Assembly (NCBI GenBank): GCA_003427395.1
Contig: BFEA01000001.1
Location: forward strand, 13,243,552 to 13,307,551
DNA length: 64,000 nucleotides
Source of the DNA: Chara braunii
Lineage: Eukaryota > Plantae > Charophyceae
Direction: 5' to 3'
Positions 24,297 through 38,229 of the stretch are shown here, piece by piece. Below the pieces are notes generated by a model. The model was not told the DNA's origin and did not search any database. It was given only the letters and a program-made list of their open reading frames with translations. Each line of letters begins with the position of its first letter. Within the stretch, counting starts at the first letter, position 1. Made by a program: the position numbers and the translations under genes.

Positions 24297-25927
24297 ATAC
24301 AGCCTGGGTAGGAAGTATCAGGCCCATGGTGGAATAGGAAGTACCATAATTGAGGCCTCTTTCTCAAATGGGGATGGCCTGATCCCAGTACAAGCTTCTA
24401 GAAAATGGGACAGCTGTATGTACTATGTAGCTTATCTGTTGGGTAAATGTCCCTGTGTAAAGTTGTAAACAACTTTCTAGCTTGCCTTTCGAGTCTCGAC
24501 TCAAACCACCAGTTCACCCAAGCCTAGGTTCACTGAAAAGAGCAACCCCCTGGGCATTCTCACCCTTGAACATCGCTCCTACGGGGCCACACTGACTTGG
24601 ATTGAAATATGCATTCGGTTTGGAACGAATACTTTTTCTGAGTTTTTCATGTGCCACAGTGCCAAACCATTCTGTTTTGGTTTTATTTTTATTTTTCCCT
24701 GACATAGAGTAGCCTCAGCAGAGTCAGCAACACCCCTGATTCTTTTTTTCCGGATTTTTCGTCTCGGAAATAAGAATTAAAAATCACCAAAGTCGAGGTA
24801 CTTGGAATTTTGCTCACACACTCGTTCCGTAGAAAATATTCTTCTTGAATTCAGCTATGTCGAATAAAGAATCTATACCTCCCATTGGGTCTGGTAGGCC
24901 GAAGTGGTGTGTTCTTGCTGCGCCTCCCCAGCAAGACACCAACTTAGCTGTGGTGGAACTGGCGGTTTAAGCTAATGTTTTCAAAAAAATTAAAAAAATC
25001 AATAAGGTCAAAATTTAAAATTTTCAATTTTTTTTTGAAAAAGGCAGTCAGCATTTCACACAAGGGCAAAAACTGCCAAAAAGGCATAGCTATTGTCGCA
25101 CAGTCCGCAGATGTACAGCTGAAGTCAAGGCGTACCTTTTTCAAATGTGGTACAGCTTGAGGAGAGCATTGGCACTCTTCCAAGTGAGGGCTCAAAGTGC
25201 TGCAACACTGAAGATTCTTGCAACAGCGGTGAGAGACACTCGGTCTGCTAGGTAGCTGTGACCAGGGACAGGATGGTCGCCGCTACAGGCCCATCTCCAG
25301 AGCTACTGGACCTGTGGCCGCTTTCAAAGTCGTGAATGGCAAAACTCGCCTTTGTGACTGGCAGTCAACTGTGGTTGGTCAATTGCTCGCTTCATTCGTC
25401 CAGACTTTCCAACTTCCTTTCCTTCCAAAAACTTGAACAAAATAGTGTACAGTCTTATCAACTTTTAATAAAAGTCTTTTATCAAGTTTTATGGCTACAC
25501 GGTTACACCTCCATTCTAGTGTCAGGTGATAGAATGGAGGGGTATCACCTGAAGTCATCTTACCCACTGGTAGGTTCCAAGAGAGGTAATGGGACATCCA
25601 TGAGAATGGAACAAGTCCTGTGTTCTCAGCACCAAGGTGCACGGCTTCCCTCTGACAGTCTTGTCATATGTCCCTACTTTATCCGCCCATCCTCCCGCAG
25701 ACCCTTCTTGTTTCTGTTGCACCAAATTTTCTGACTAGCATCTGGTGAGGAAGACTGATTTGGACGGAATGGCAATGAGCCCTGTTATCACCTCGGTTTA
25801 GTACTTGCTTATCAGAAGCGGCAAAGCTGGAAAAGAGTGTAAATGCTCCGTAGGGACTTGAGCGAAGGGCATTAGGAGCTGCGATTAAGGACTACATCAT
25901 TGATTTGTGTGTGCGGCATGTGCTCAG

Positions 25928-26011
25928 GAAATGTGCTTCTCTGCACATCTGGTTGAGGACGACGAGCACAAGCTTGCAGCTGCGGATCATGGTCGGCGGT
26001 TCATCATTACG
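25928..26011 (+). CDS. RIB72: RIB72/EFHC1-family exon (start of last DM10 domain)
   Basis: CAG|GAA...ACG|GTATGC, 84 nt, phase 0/0; EMCFSAHLVEDDEHKLAAADHGRRFIIT joins DGK to YYLVDD in frame. Confidence 0.88.
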
Positions 26012-26150
26012 GTATGCAGCTTCAACTGCTGTCTCCCCCCCTGCTTGTTCCATCTGAAGCATGATTGCACATTGTACTGTGGTCTCTCTCTCTTCAGCCC
26101 TTTCCTTGTGATCCAGGCATCTCAGCTGGCAATACTATTTGGTCCCCCCT

Positions 26151-26214
<64 letters not shown>

Positions 26215-26439
26215 NNNNNNNNNNNNNNNNNNNNNNNNNNNNNNNNNNNNNNNNNNNNNNNNNNNNNNNNNNNNNNNNNNNNNNNNNNNNNNNNNNNNNN
26301 NNNNNNNNNNNNNNNNNNNNNNNNNNNNNNNNNNNNNNNNNNNNNNNNNNNNNNNNNNNNNNNNNNNNNNNNNNNNNNNNNNNNNNNNNNNNNNNNNNNN
26401 NNNNNNNNNNNNNNNNNNNNNNNNNNNNNNNNNNNNNNN

Positions 26440-26530
<91 letters not shown>

Positions 26531-27632
26531 GACAGTCTCCCTCTTACTCACTCGCTCGTTATCCTGGTGTTACTATTTGTTATCTTAATTTGTGTCCCCT
26601 GCTCTTGCCATTGTGTGGTTGCTTAACCTTTGGACTTTATGCGTTCCCTTGAACTGTGACTATCCCTCCCTCTTAAGGTTTTTCATTTTCCCTTGAATTT
26701 AGTCAATCACAGCAAGTCCGTGAACGTTCTCATGCTTCCTGGTCTCCGCCCTCATCACCTTCTTGTTTTCTTGTCACTGAGCTCTGGCGAATTTTCCTCC
26801 TAATTCCACCCTCTCCCTCCCCACATTAGGAGTAGCCTCTAACTGTATTATATCTAACACGATTCAAACTTTCTGCTCGAGACTCGACAAATAAACGAAG
26901 AAATGTGGCTTTGAATCCTCTACAGTAAGTGGAGTGAGCTAGGAGTCTCAGCTTCGGGAGTAAACCTGGTTGGAAACCAGCCCTTATGTGCTGACGGTTT
27001 CCTTAGGTCTTCACCTGCTACAGCAAAGATCTTATCCCATGAGCGAAGCTTGAATCTGGCAGCATATGCCATCGCCGAAGAATGGCGCAGTATTCTTCTC
27101 CTTTTCTGGATTAAGATCACAATCAAACTAGCAACGAAGAGTAGAAATGGGCTGTTTACCATTGCTGTCTTTCACCCCTGCAATACATTACATGTAACTA
27201 ATCAATGTATGAAAGATTGCCTGCTTGATATGCCCATAAATTTGCGATTGCAACCTCGAAGCAGAAAATATTACCTGCTGCCGTTCCCAGTGGAATTACC
27301 CACCCTATGGCCAGAGGATTCTCCAAGCAGCATTTATTGCCCCGTTTCGGAAGGCTCGACTGCAGGATACATATGTACATGTGCAAAGAATCCACCCCCA
27401 TGGACTCTATGGCCTTGTGAAAAAGATGCTGAAAACCCAACCTTAACCTTTTCCTTTCACCCTGTAGATGGCTGCCTGATAAAACTTCAAATTCGCTACA
27501 GCAGATTTGTGTGGCTTTTCATGAAGAAAAATTCCCCATGAACTCTAAACACCTCCATGTTGGGTATGTTCTCGGTTTGCTCCCCTGAGGCAGTGTTGAT
27601 GATGATTTCCCTCATTGCTTTCGTTTGTGCAG

Positions 27633-27905
27633 TACTATTTAGTTGACGACACAGTCCAGATCTATGAGCCTGCAATTCGGAACTCAGGCATCGTTGGCGG
27701 CAGGTTCTTATCACGATATGCCACAGCTCCAAAGAACGACCTAAGTGGAGATGATTACCAGCCAGAGGATTTGTTTGTTGGACAGCTTCTATACATGTAT
27801 AACAGGGTATTCCGGCTGGAAGAGGCTGATGAGTGGACCTACAAGTACATGGAGCTACATCCACGTCGCTTCCCCTACTCCCACTATGGAATAGTTATGA
27901 ACAAA
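27633..27905 (+). CDS. RIB72: RIB72/EFHC1-family exon (last DM10 domain core)
   Basis: TGCAG acceptor, GTATGT donor, 273 nt; YYLVDDTVQIYEPAIRNSGIVGGRFL...DLFVG...FRLEEADEWTYKYME...FPYS is a DM10 signature. Confidence 0.93.
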
Positions 27906-27913
27906 GTATGTGC

Positions 27914-28003
<90 letters not shown>

Positions 28004-28120
28004 NNNNNNNNNNNNNNNNNNNNNNNNNNNNNNNNNNNNNNNNNNNNNNNNNNNNNNNNNNNNNNNNNNNNNNNNNNNNNNNNNNNNNNNNNNNNNNNNN
28101 NNNNNNNNNNNNNNNNNNNN

Positions 28121-28625
28121 ATCTGTGGGATGTACTCATCAGATCTTGTCTCCTTGCATGGGTTGCTTTGTGCATTTCCATGCCCCGCATAGTGCAGTCT
28201 GAGATTCCCGCGGCGTGTGTTATAAATTTTCTCCACAACAGCCCCAATTCCACCCAGATGAATAGATTCAGAATGAAAGCAGTTTTGTTCTATTGCAGAC
28301 AATGAGAGCACTTAAGATGAGACTGTCCAACATTTGAAGGCAATTTTACAATTAGACAATTTTCTGGTTATCCTTGGGGTACCCCTTCCATTTTTGAAGC
28401 TCTTCTTTTACTGTGCCTCTTACGTACAAGGCTACCCACGTTGATTGTGGTTGAGCAGCAGCTGCCCACGTGTGTGTGTGTGTGTGTGTATCGGGGGGAG
28501 GGTGGGGGTTGAAGGAGGGAAATGGCTACTATGCTATCTGTGAGATGTACTGATCAGATGTTGTCCCCTTGCGTGGGTTGCTTTGTACATTTCAATGCCC
28601 CGCATAGTGCAGTGTGAGATTCCTG
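28121..28625. repeat. ~90-bp local duplication in RIB72 intron
   Basis: ATCTGTG(G/A)GATGTACT...ATGCCCCGCATAGTGCAGT(C/G)TGAGATTCC at ~28121 and ~28535. Confidence 0.8.
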
Positions 28626-30202
28626 CATTTTCTCTGAGTATTGCTGACTGTTGCTCTGATTTTCTGACTGTTGTTCTGATTTGCTGCCTGTGCGAGGAAT
28701 GACCCTTGCAAAGCCACTAGGCCCCACACCATCGGGGCCCCCAGCAAGTCACGTGCCCGCCCTAAGTGAAGGCGGGCCTGCATGACGACTTGAGGACTTT
28801 TTTTTGTCATTTCTGCACTTGGGGCCGCCAGGCAGTTACCTCGCACCAGTTGGTTACAAGGCCCACGCTAGTGTGACCATGACATCCTAGGCCTCTGGGC
28901 TCTTCCAGGCAGCGACGTGGCTCCAGGCCCTTCGGCTAATCAGAAAGCAGCGAGTGATGCTGGCCACGTAGCACAATTGAGTTGCTTAACTGTCACGGGT
29001 CCAGGCCACTATCTGCATCGGGCTTGGGCGCAGACACTTTGGCCCGAACCCAGGCTACTGGGAACCTGGCCTCCAGCCCCAAAGGAGGGCAACACAGTGG
29101 AGCACTTTCCATATAGTAAAGTGCTGGGCACTGGGAGGCTCATTCGGGGCTTGCGTGACTGGGCGGCCACAGTGCCGAAACAGTGCACTGGCATGCTGCC
29201 TGGTCGCTGGATGGAGTCGCACAGGGGCGCGGTGAGGTGAGGGGCACTGCATGGGCAGCGGGTGCTAGCCGCCATAGCCGGGCCTGCTCCCGGTAATGGT
29301 GGTGATGCTGATGGTGGCCTTCGGGTAGGAGGCGCACAAGGTGGGAGAGAGAAGGTGGTGAGAGAGGGAGAGAGAGTAGAGAGAGACTCATGCCTGGTGT
29401 ATGCGGCAGTCTGCATGGGCGACTTTGTCACGTACATCGGTCTTCGGCTGGAAGTGATTCCTGGTTGCATGTTGTAGTGTAGGCTAGCATAGGTTTTGAG
29501 TAGAGGTAGGCTGGCGCTGGGCGCCAATCAAGAAGGGCAACATTGGATTCATTGTTGATGGTGGCGAGAAGAGCCTGACATTGACATTTGAGTTCATTGT
29601 ATTGCTCTTATTTGGCTTGTATCTCATTGCATTCTGCTTTCTGGGACACGATTATCTGGTCTTCAACGTGATATTGCAATTTGGTTTTCTGTCTATCGCT
29701 CTCGCTCGTTTTCCTTGCAATTTGGTATCGGAGCTTGTTCAGATATCGCCATACTGGCGCTGGTGTCTTGGTTACTTGGTGCACTGACGAAGCTTCTCCG
29801 CAGTAAGGATACTTTGACGCCGGCTGGAAATAGTCCCTCCCGGGTAGAGGGGAGTGGGATGGAAGGCTGTCGGTACATCAGGTGTATGTGGAATGATGAG
29901 AGCATGCTGACGTGTCATTTGTGCTGAGGTGGCACTGCACTGTATTGTGGGTGGTGCTGAGGCTATGACTGGTCATCAAAATCAAAATTGGCTCAATTGG
30001 TGAGAAATATGTGGTGCACATTGGCTCAATTGGTGAGAAATCTGTGGTTGGGGGAAGCTATCTCCAGGTACGTTGTTCCTGACCTTATCTTCCCTTCTCA
30101 ATCTCTTCTTACCATGAGGGAGAAAGTTCGTCTTGAGAGTCCTCTCTTGGTTCAGGAGTAGTGAGAAGCTCTACCTTGAGAGACGACATTCTTCCTGGTG
30201 GT

Positions 30203-30361
30203 GCATCTGTTGGGAGAGGGTGGTGCCTCTGAAGTGCCCTGGACGAAGCATGGTCGCATCTGGTGGGAGAGGGTGGTGCCTCTGAAGCGCCCTGGACGAA
30301 GCATGGTCGCATCTGGTGGGAGAGGGTGGTGCCTCTGAAGCGCCCTGGACGAAGCATGGGT
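30203..30361. repeat. 53-bp minisatellite, 3 copies
   Basis: GCATCTG(T/G)TGGGAGAGGGTGGTGCCTCTGAAG(T/C)GCCCTGGACGAAGCATGGTC starts at 30203, 30256 and 30309. Confidence 0.92.
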
Positions 30362-31448
30362 CGCGATCACCATGCCAACCCATGGGAATAGAGCACGCAT
30401 GCTTTGCTGCATAGTCCTTTGAACTCTTGCTGCGCATAGAGGTGTTGTGGGGCAGGCCAGCCCTGTGAGGGTGCAACACAGGCGCTGTACGCGAGGATAA
30501 AAATAGTACAGTCTGGGCTGGCCGGTTTTGCATCCACCTGGGCAAAGGGGTGGGCCGTTGTGCACACCTTAGACACATTTTTTGATGCAGCCAGGACGTT
30601 GGATACAGGGGGAATGTGAAGGTTCCAATTCGTGCTCAATTATTATTAGTAGTTTATTTCCATTTTTACATGCATCTGCGCAATTGATTTTATTTTTGTT
30701 TTTATTAGTTGAGGTGTTTACGGACTGCTGACACCTGACAGACAGCAATGGAATAGTACTGTAGCAGTCTACCATTTCCAGTTCTATCTTTTGCTGCTGT
30801 TTGAGAACTAGTTGAAGTAGAAGTAGGATCTTTTGCTGAGTCTGTGTACATTCTGTTCACAGCGCCTGATCGGGCATCTGAGTTTCGTACCGAATATTTA
30901 TTTATTTATTTATTTATTCTTGCATCTCGGTCAGATGCAATGCTGTGGTAGGTCCCAGCGAGGACAGTAGTGCGAACCGTGATCTGCTTTAGCTGATGAG
31001 TGGATACAGTGAGGAGGAGAGAGCTGACGAAGGGAGAGTGACACAACAGAGGGCACGTAAGATACACATCGTGCACCAGGCCTTACCTCCCGGAGGAGAG
31101 AGACTTCTGTGTGCAGAAAGCGCTACCCGTCACGCGCAGCGATGTAGGGAGGAGGCAGCAGCAGTAGCTCAGGCCATAGCAGCCGCACTGGCTACAGCAG
31201 CAGCAACCTCAGGCACGCTTCTATTCCAGCAGCGTGATGAGTACAGGTAGTTCCCGAAGTCTGTTGGTTGGCTCGCAATACATCCAACCTGCTCAAGTCA
31301 CTTGTTTTCCAAGATCTTGGATGCATGATCGGTGCCTGGCGAGGCGATGGGGCTGCACGCCATAGCTGTAGACTAGCGCAGTACGGGAGTAAGTGCAGTA
31401 AGGACATTCAGAGGAGATCATGAGACCTGTGTACAGTAGTATTGAGAA

Positions 31449-31515
<67 letters not shown>

Positions 31516-32314
31516 GAGAGAATCTTACCTGCTTGTTGTCGTTGTTGGCCCCCATAGCCGCGATGCTCGAGAATCCTGTGTACATCATCTCAAGTTGTAA
31601 ATAAGTTTCGAGTGTGCCGATATCATGTGAATCTTGCTGGCCCGGTTTGGATCTAGAGTTCGATGCATGCATAAAGTTTGAAGCAATAAAGGCAAGCAAA
31701 CAAAATCTTTTTCAGTGAAGTCAGGACCTTTTCACTTTGCGTACCCCTTACCGAAATGGAGGTGCCAATCAGCAGTAAATTTTGGACTTGAAAGACCCCT
31801 CATCAGTTGTGAACTTGTGAACCATTTCCAAAGAACATAGTGAATTTGAAATCGGTCGACCTGGTCCATCTGGAGTGAATTTGAACCTGGTCCCACCTGG
31901 TCCACGTGGTGTGAGTTTGAACCTGGTCCCACATGGTCCACCTTTCCGGTCCAAGGTGAACGAGATTAGGTGAACCCAGTTTGGCGAATCGGCTGTGAAG
32001 TCAAGGCAGTCTCGGGAAGTCCCATCTTAAATGGACCACTTTCCAAAGAATATAGAACTTGTGAATTTGAACCTGTTTTACCTGGTCAATCTGATCCACC
32101 TGGTTCCACCTAGTCCACCAGGTCCCTTCTGGTTCTCCTGGTCCCACTGGGCCCAACTGGTCCACCTGGTACACATTGTGGTTAACCAGGGGTGTTATTT
32201 TCAGCGAATTTTGCACCGAAACTGTCACATTGTGCTGATTTTCTGCTTTTTTTCTTGTTTTTCTTTTTGTGTGACATATATGTGCTTTAGGGTACGTGAT
32301 GTGTCCAGTCATGT

Positions 32315-35300
32315 TCTTTTTTCTTTTCTTTTTTTTTTCCGAAAGAAGCAGCTCTTTCCATTATAACAACAAACACGAGGCCGGGAAACCCTCGACATTT
32401 CAACCCGGAGGGGGCTGGGGCCATTACCCAGATTTGGCTATTGCTGGAAACCGAGTCCAGCATCCCAAGTCTGCAACTTTCTAGAAAAAAGGAGAAACAA
32501 CTGGACTAAAAAAGAACTGAAGAAATCCAGAGATCAAGGAGAAAAAAACAAGCCAACCGCTCTTTTCCTATGGGAGTCCAAGTGTACTCCTGAGTCCTAA
32601 CTATCTGGGAGCCTTACCCAGTTTCGCTTCAGAGTTTTAAAAATCAGTGAACACTATAATCTCAACACTTATTTGGCCTTCATACTACAGCCGTATTATG
32701 TTAATGCTGGAAAGCGGGTCCAGCGCCCCATTGCGGACCAAAATAATCCCTTGTCCACCGGGGGCTGGGTTCGTCAGGGATGTCTCAGCCATCTAGAGAA
32801 CGCTAGTTTTCCATCTGATGTAACCAGCGCTAGCTTATTATCTTTGGCCCAGGTCCTCTGGAATCTGAGTTGATTCCCGTATGACTGCTTTCCTGAGCGC
32901 CACCAGTCCACTACAATAGATAGCTTTATGTTGACCTTGATTCGGGAAGCAATTTGGGGAAGAGGGACCTCTGTCTTTCGAAGACTCTGGAGTTGCGGGC
33001 AGACCAGATACCCTCCATAACTACACCCGTGCATACCAAGGCTACGTATCCCAGATTTACAAAGGAGTGGCTGGCGGGAGGAATCCCTGTTAGAATCCAG
33101 CAGTCGGACCATTCGAACTGGTTCATGAAGAGAAGCTTCCATTGCTCCTTCCACCATTCCCAAACTTGAGACGACAGGGAGCAGTCCAACCATAGGTGAG
33201 AGGGTGACTCCCAGCCCCAGTTACATCTCGAGCAGATAGAATCGACCTCCATACCTTTAGCGATCAGCCATGAAGTCGTGGGCGTAACTTGGAGAGATTG
33301 TAACCACATTATGGCACTCTGTTTTTGTGAGGGCAGTTTTTTTAGAGCTTTCCATAGTTTTAGTAGGTCTGGACCATGGACGCTATGAGGCTGGGAGACA
33401 GACCACCTGCTCAGCGCCGTAGAAGTTGGTCTTTTTACCACTCCCAACTGTTGGTACTGAACACTGGTTTTCGTCTTGTACTGGGAAAAGGGGATAAACT
33501 TCGCCAGAGGGTCTTGTAGATCCCAACCTATCAGAAGCGGTTCCACTCGGCCCTGAGCAGGCTTAAAGGGGGTCAGGGAGTGAGAGTCGGACCTTGAGTG
33601 TGCCTGGACTCTGACTTCTGAGAGGCCCACTGTAGTTGGGATTACACTATCAGCTTCGAGTCTCAACAGTCCCGGTTTCTGCTTCTTATCCATCAAAGTC
33701 CAATTCTGGACCTTTATTCCGGAGTTCAACTCTGGGCCTAAGACTCTCCAGAACTTGTCCTCCTCGTCTGGGTTCTCCAGCCATGTGCCTTGTGAATGTT
33801 CACTGTCTAATCTCAGAAGGTACTCCCAGTGGGGAGGCAAGGCCGCATGGATTCTTTGGAGGTTTCTATGAGTGTTACAAAGTCGAGGCAGTTTGGAGCG
33901 GATGTTACTAAATGATGACCAGGTCGATTCACTTTCGTCCCACATGTCTCTGACCAAGAAAACTCCTTTTCTCTACCCAAGCCCTGCCAAAAGTCCCTGG
34001 ACTGCCGTCCGCGGGGAAGGGGGAGTTATTAAGGTCTCGGATCAGGTTGTTGTCAAATAGGATCTGATTTAATATTTCCAGTTTTGTAGATGGTTCTTTG
34101 GAGATGTTGGGGAACAGTTTGTTCCAGGCAAAAATAATACTTTTCCACACCTTGGAACTCGGCCTGCGGGTGCAGAAGGATTTGATCAGGAAGCACCACC
34201 AGACGTGCGGGCCTTCCTTCAGAGACCATTCCCTGCATAGTATGTATTCCGCCAACCTTTTCCACCAAGCGTCTTCAGAGCCAAACAGCGCCAATATGGG
34301 CCATCTGGCCAGGAGTGCCAAGTTTTGTTGCTTAGGGTCAAGTATGCCTAGGCCGCCCTGATCTTGAGGGCAAGTGACTGTCTCCCATGCCACCTTTACT
34401 ATGAAGCCGTGGTGGTCTGCTGCCGAGGGCTTCCATATGTAACGTGCGGTTGCACGTTTGATGTTTCTGTAGGTTGACTCCCCTAGTAGGTGGACCACTA
34501 GAGGGAACCACAACAAGGAGAAGGCTGCAGAGGAGAGGACTAGAGCACGTCCAAAGAGGGAAAAACAGTGACTTCTTACCCATCCAGAGATTCGGGCAGC
34601 TACTTTTTCTCCCAAAATGGAGTCTTGAGCTTCAGTATGAGTCGGTTAAGGAAACTTGAACACCGAGAAAGCGGTCGGAGCTCTTGGCTGGAACCTTTTT
34701 CAGGCCCCAATCTACTGACAAGGTGTGGGAGGGCGGCAAAAAATAGACGGACTTTCCCCAGTTAATGTCTGCTTCTGATAGTTCGCAGTAGGAATCCAGT
34801 ATCGATCTCAAAAGTCCCAAGGGACTGAGGGCTGTTAGCGCTGGCCACAGTGAGGTCATCGGCTATTGCACCCCCTTTCCATTGAATGGAGGAGGACAGG
34901 TGCAGGCCTTTTATATCCTCGTTAAACCTGATGTTATCAAGCAAGACCTCTAATTGGATCACGAATAGCAGCGGGGCCACGAAGAGAGCGGGTGATATTT
35001 TTCCATTGAGGAGGACCACAGAGGAAGAGTCTGTGTAGAGTGCCCGGACCTAGTTGCAGAAACCCCTTCCGAACCCTAACCTTTTCAATGTTGTGAATAT
35101 GAAAGGCCAGCCTAGCCTGTCGTAGGCTTTCTCCATATCTAGGAGGAGGATGGCAACGTTTCTGTCTTCTTTCCCTACTATTTCCAGGGCCTGGGTGGTT
35201 GACCTATCATGACCGGAAGGAATTCAGCCAGACTCGACTCTCAAGGCAAGGGTTTTGGCAAGCAACTTGTAGGCCACATTGTGGACTTAATGGGGCGGTA

Positions 35301-35790
35301 GTTGCGTACCTCCCTTTTGTTCCCCTTTGTATAGAGCAGAGAGATTATCCCTTTAGTCCAGTTCTTAGGGAGGGAGCCCGTACCGAGGGCGTTGTTGTAG
35401 ATCTGAGTGAATAGTGGGGCAAAGGCTTCCCAACAGCTAGTGAATCCAGGGAGGCCATCCAAGCCCGGGCACTTTCCCAATGCCATGCTTTTGGCTGCCC
35501 GGTGAATCTCCTCTGCGGAGAGCGGGGTGTCCAATAGGATACTGCCGCCTGTGGGGAGGTTCACCTTGGTTCTATCCCAAAAGGAAGAAGTTCTTGAGAG
35601 GTCAGTGTATGCCTTATCGTATGGTCGAATGGAGGTGACTATGTCTTGGTGGTAGGCCAAGGCATAAGAACACATGTCGGTTGTGCTTGTGGCTATTTGG
35701 GCATTAGGCAGAAAGGGGTGGGCCAGTTCTAGCAATCGTGGTCTGGCCTGTTTGAGTATCAGGGAGCGAAAAGTGATTTTCGTCATTCTG
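32315..35790 (-). mobile_element. 5'-truncated L1/Tx1-like LINE in RIB72 intron
   Basis: RT (CPGLDGLP, NYRPI, LLLDMEKAYD, AIADD), GGLGI motif, zf-RVT (CSRCNWGWESPSHLWLDC), T-rich tail at ~32315-32338. Confidence 0.9.
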
Positions 35791-35939
35791 TCATACCCAA
35801 TTACCGCTCTTAGTTTAAGCCAGTCAAGCCATTCCTACTGTTTTTTCAGTTCCACTGATTCAGGGGTTACCAATAAGTGATTCCGTTTTTCAGACCAGTA
35901 GTAGTCAGAGAACGGGTTTTTGCCCATATTAAGTTCCGC

Positions 35940-36875
35940 CTCCTTGATTTCGAGAAAGCGTACGATCAAGTTAACTGGTCTTTCCTGCAATCGTGTATGG
36001 AAAAAATGGGAATAGGTCCAAATTTTCGAAAATGGGTGAGAGTCCTGTATAATGACGCACAGGGTTTAGTCCAAGTCAACGGATTCCTGTCCAACCCCTA
36101 CAGAATGACCAGGTCAGTAAGACAAGGAGACCCGCTGGCGGCACCTNTCTTTCTCTTTGTCATGGAAGCCATTGCTTCATTCCTCAGAAAAGATGAATCC
36201 ATAGAACGCTTAGAGGGCATCAAAGATGAAAGAGGCCACCCACTTCANCTCCCGACCACCCTCCTTTTCGCAGATGACCTAACCGTCCTCATTAGAGNTT
36301 CTGATTCTTCCTTCCAAGCATTAATAAGAGCAATGCAAGCTTTCCAACTAGCCTCAGAAATGAAAGTGAACTGGAGGAAAACAATAGGCTGGTGGCTATC
36401 ANACACCCAACCCCCANTAGAAAGCACGCCAGAAGGAATGCAGTGGACAGATCCCTCTTCCCCCATGCGCTTCCTNGGCATAAACCTCAGCCTCAAAGGC
36501 TGTCACCCTGCCTCGGCAGACACCCTCATGTCCTCAATGATAAACAGGATGCACTGNTGGCAAGGCGTTCACACCTCACTCTTAGGCAGGGCACTAGCGC
36601 TAAACAACTCTATCCTGGCAATGATGTGGTATGTAACCACCATATGGTTCCCGTCCCAGGACTTCCAAAAACAAATACGTAAAAGAGCAGCAGCGTTCCT
36701 CTGGACTGGAAACCCGGATAACCAGCACTTCATCCACAAAGTAGCATGGCAAATAGTCACACAACCCAAAAACAAAGGAGGTCTATAAATCATCGATCCG
36801 GCTACCCAATTCCAAGCCCTTCATATCAAATGGATTATCAGACTTACCCTTCAAGGAAATCTACCCTGGATTAAG
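35940..36875 (+). mobile_element. LINE RT fragment related to the 12150-18140 family
   Basis: LLDFEKAYD, MEKMGIGPNFRKW, RSVRQGDPLA, LFADD, HTSLLGRALALN, QPKNKGGL. Confidence 0.9.
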
Positions 36876-37023
36876 TGTGTCTGTTTGTCTTTCTGAAAGT
36901 CGGCCTTCAGTGGATCACATTTCTTTTTTTTATTTTTAAGGCTAATTCTTTTAAGCCCAACCAATTCAATTACCTGTCAAATCTGGACAGGACAGCCTTT
37001 CAGGCCTTTTTTATTGTCATTAT

Positions 37024-37819
37024 GAGGGTTGTCGGCATTCGGGACGGGCCGAACTCCCGAACCTGAACGCCCGAACGTTCGGCACCCCCTCTCGACGCAT
37101 TCGGCCGTTCGGTCGTTCGGCCGAACGCGGACCCAAAAATAAATAAATAAATAATTTAAAATAAATAAATAAATAAATAAATCAAATAAATCCAAAAAAT
37201 CTGAAAAAAATATATGTTAAGAATAAACTAAACAACATTTGCCTCAACGTTACATCCAAATTCTTTACCCAATTTGAAATAAAAATTAAAATTATCAAAT
37301 ACTAAAAATAAATAATAATAATGAAAATTAGAAAAAATAAAACGAGAATGACATTATTGAGTGGGCGACACCGCCATCTTTGGCGATTTTTCATTTGTTT
37401 TTGGCTGTGACAAATGCCATGAAAATTTATATATGTGTATCTTACATAATAGAGAATCTACAAATAAAGTTTGAAAAAATAATATTTCTTTTCATGCCCC
37501 GAAATAAAGGAAAAACAAAAAGCAAAAAGAGAGAAAAAACAAATTAGTGAGTGGGCAAGCAAGTTTTGACACCACCATCTTTGAGGATTTTTCATTTTTT
37601 GTTGGCTGAACAGAATGGCTTCAAAATTAAGAGGGAGATACCTTACATCACAAGGAACTCACAAAAACAATTTCAGAAAAAGCAAATAATATTTAGGTGT
37701 CAAAATATTTTTTTGCGGGGTCCGAACCCCTTCAAGTTCGAGCCCCGTACGGGGACCCGAACGCCCGAACGTTCGGGGGTCAGCTTAGGGGCCTCCGTAC
37801 GTTCGGCCTGGCAACCCTG
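37024..37819. mobile_element. Non-autonomous hAT-type element
   Basis: 8-bp TSD GTCATTAT (37016-37023 and 37820-37827); TIRs GAGGGTTGTC / GGCAACCCTG; subterminal CCGAAC/GTTCGG repeats; empty-site paralog at ~52715-52795. Confidence 0.9.
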
Positions 37820-38229
37820 GTCATTATAGTATTACGGGGAACCCTGTAGCAGCCACATCCGTGATCTGGATAATAAATTTTATACTAAGAAATAGTACAA
37901 ATGGGCTAAATCTAGGCCCAGCATCTGTAGTTCACATACCCAGCTGCTGCTGCTGCTGCTGCTGCTGCCGATAGGTCATGGGATGATGTGTGATGGAGAT
38001 TTCTGGTCCATGTCACATACTTTTTTGGAACCATTTCTTTCCACTTTGTTATCCTTTAGCGGTTACCTCACTTTGTGTTTGTAACTTTGTAGTACTTTGA
38101 AGTACATTCGTGCTTCGTACATGCAATCCCTACACAATTGAATTTAACAAGATGGTCACACTTTTGACAGCTGCATCTTTCTTGTTTTTATTTTTTGCCT
38201 GCATAACCGTGGGATGAATTCAATTGCAG

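Noticed and set aside
31765-31830. Second hammerhead candidate (CTGATGA on the - strand); other CTGANGA hits at ~6769, ~13283, ~46203
   Set aside because: No correctly placed GAAA/NUH and no three-stem junction
33900-36875. Head-to-head LINE pieces as a twin-priming inversion of one element
   Set aside because: Both pieces contain the same RT subdomains (xEKAYD, ADD) with divergent sequences, so they are separate insertions
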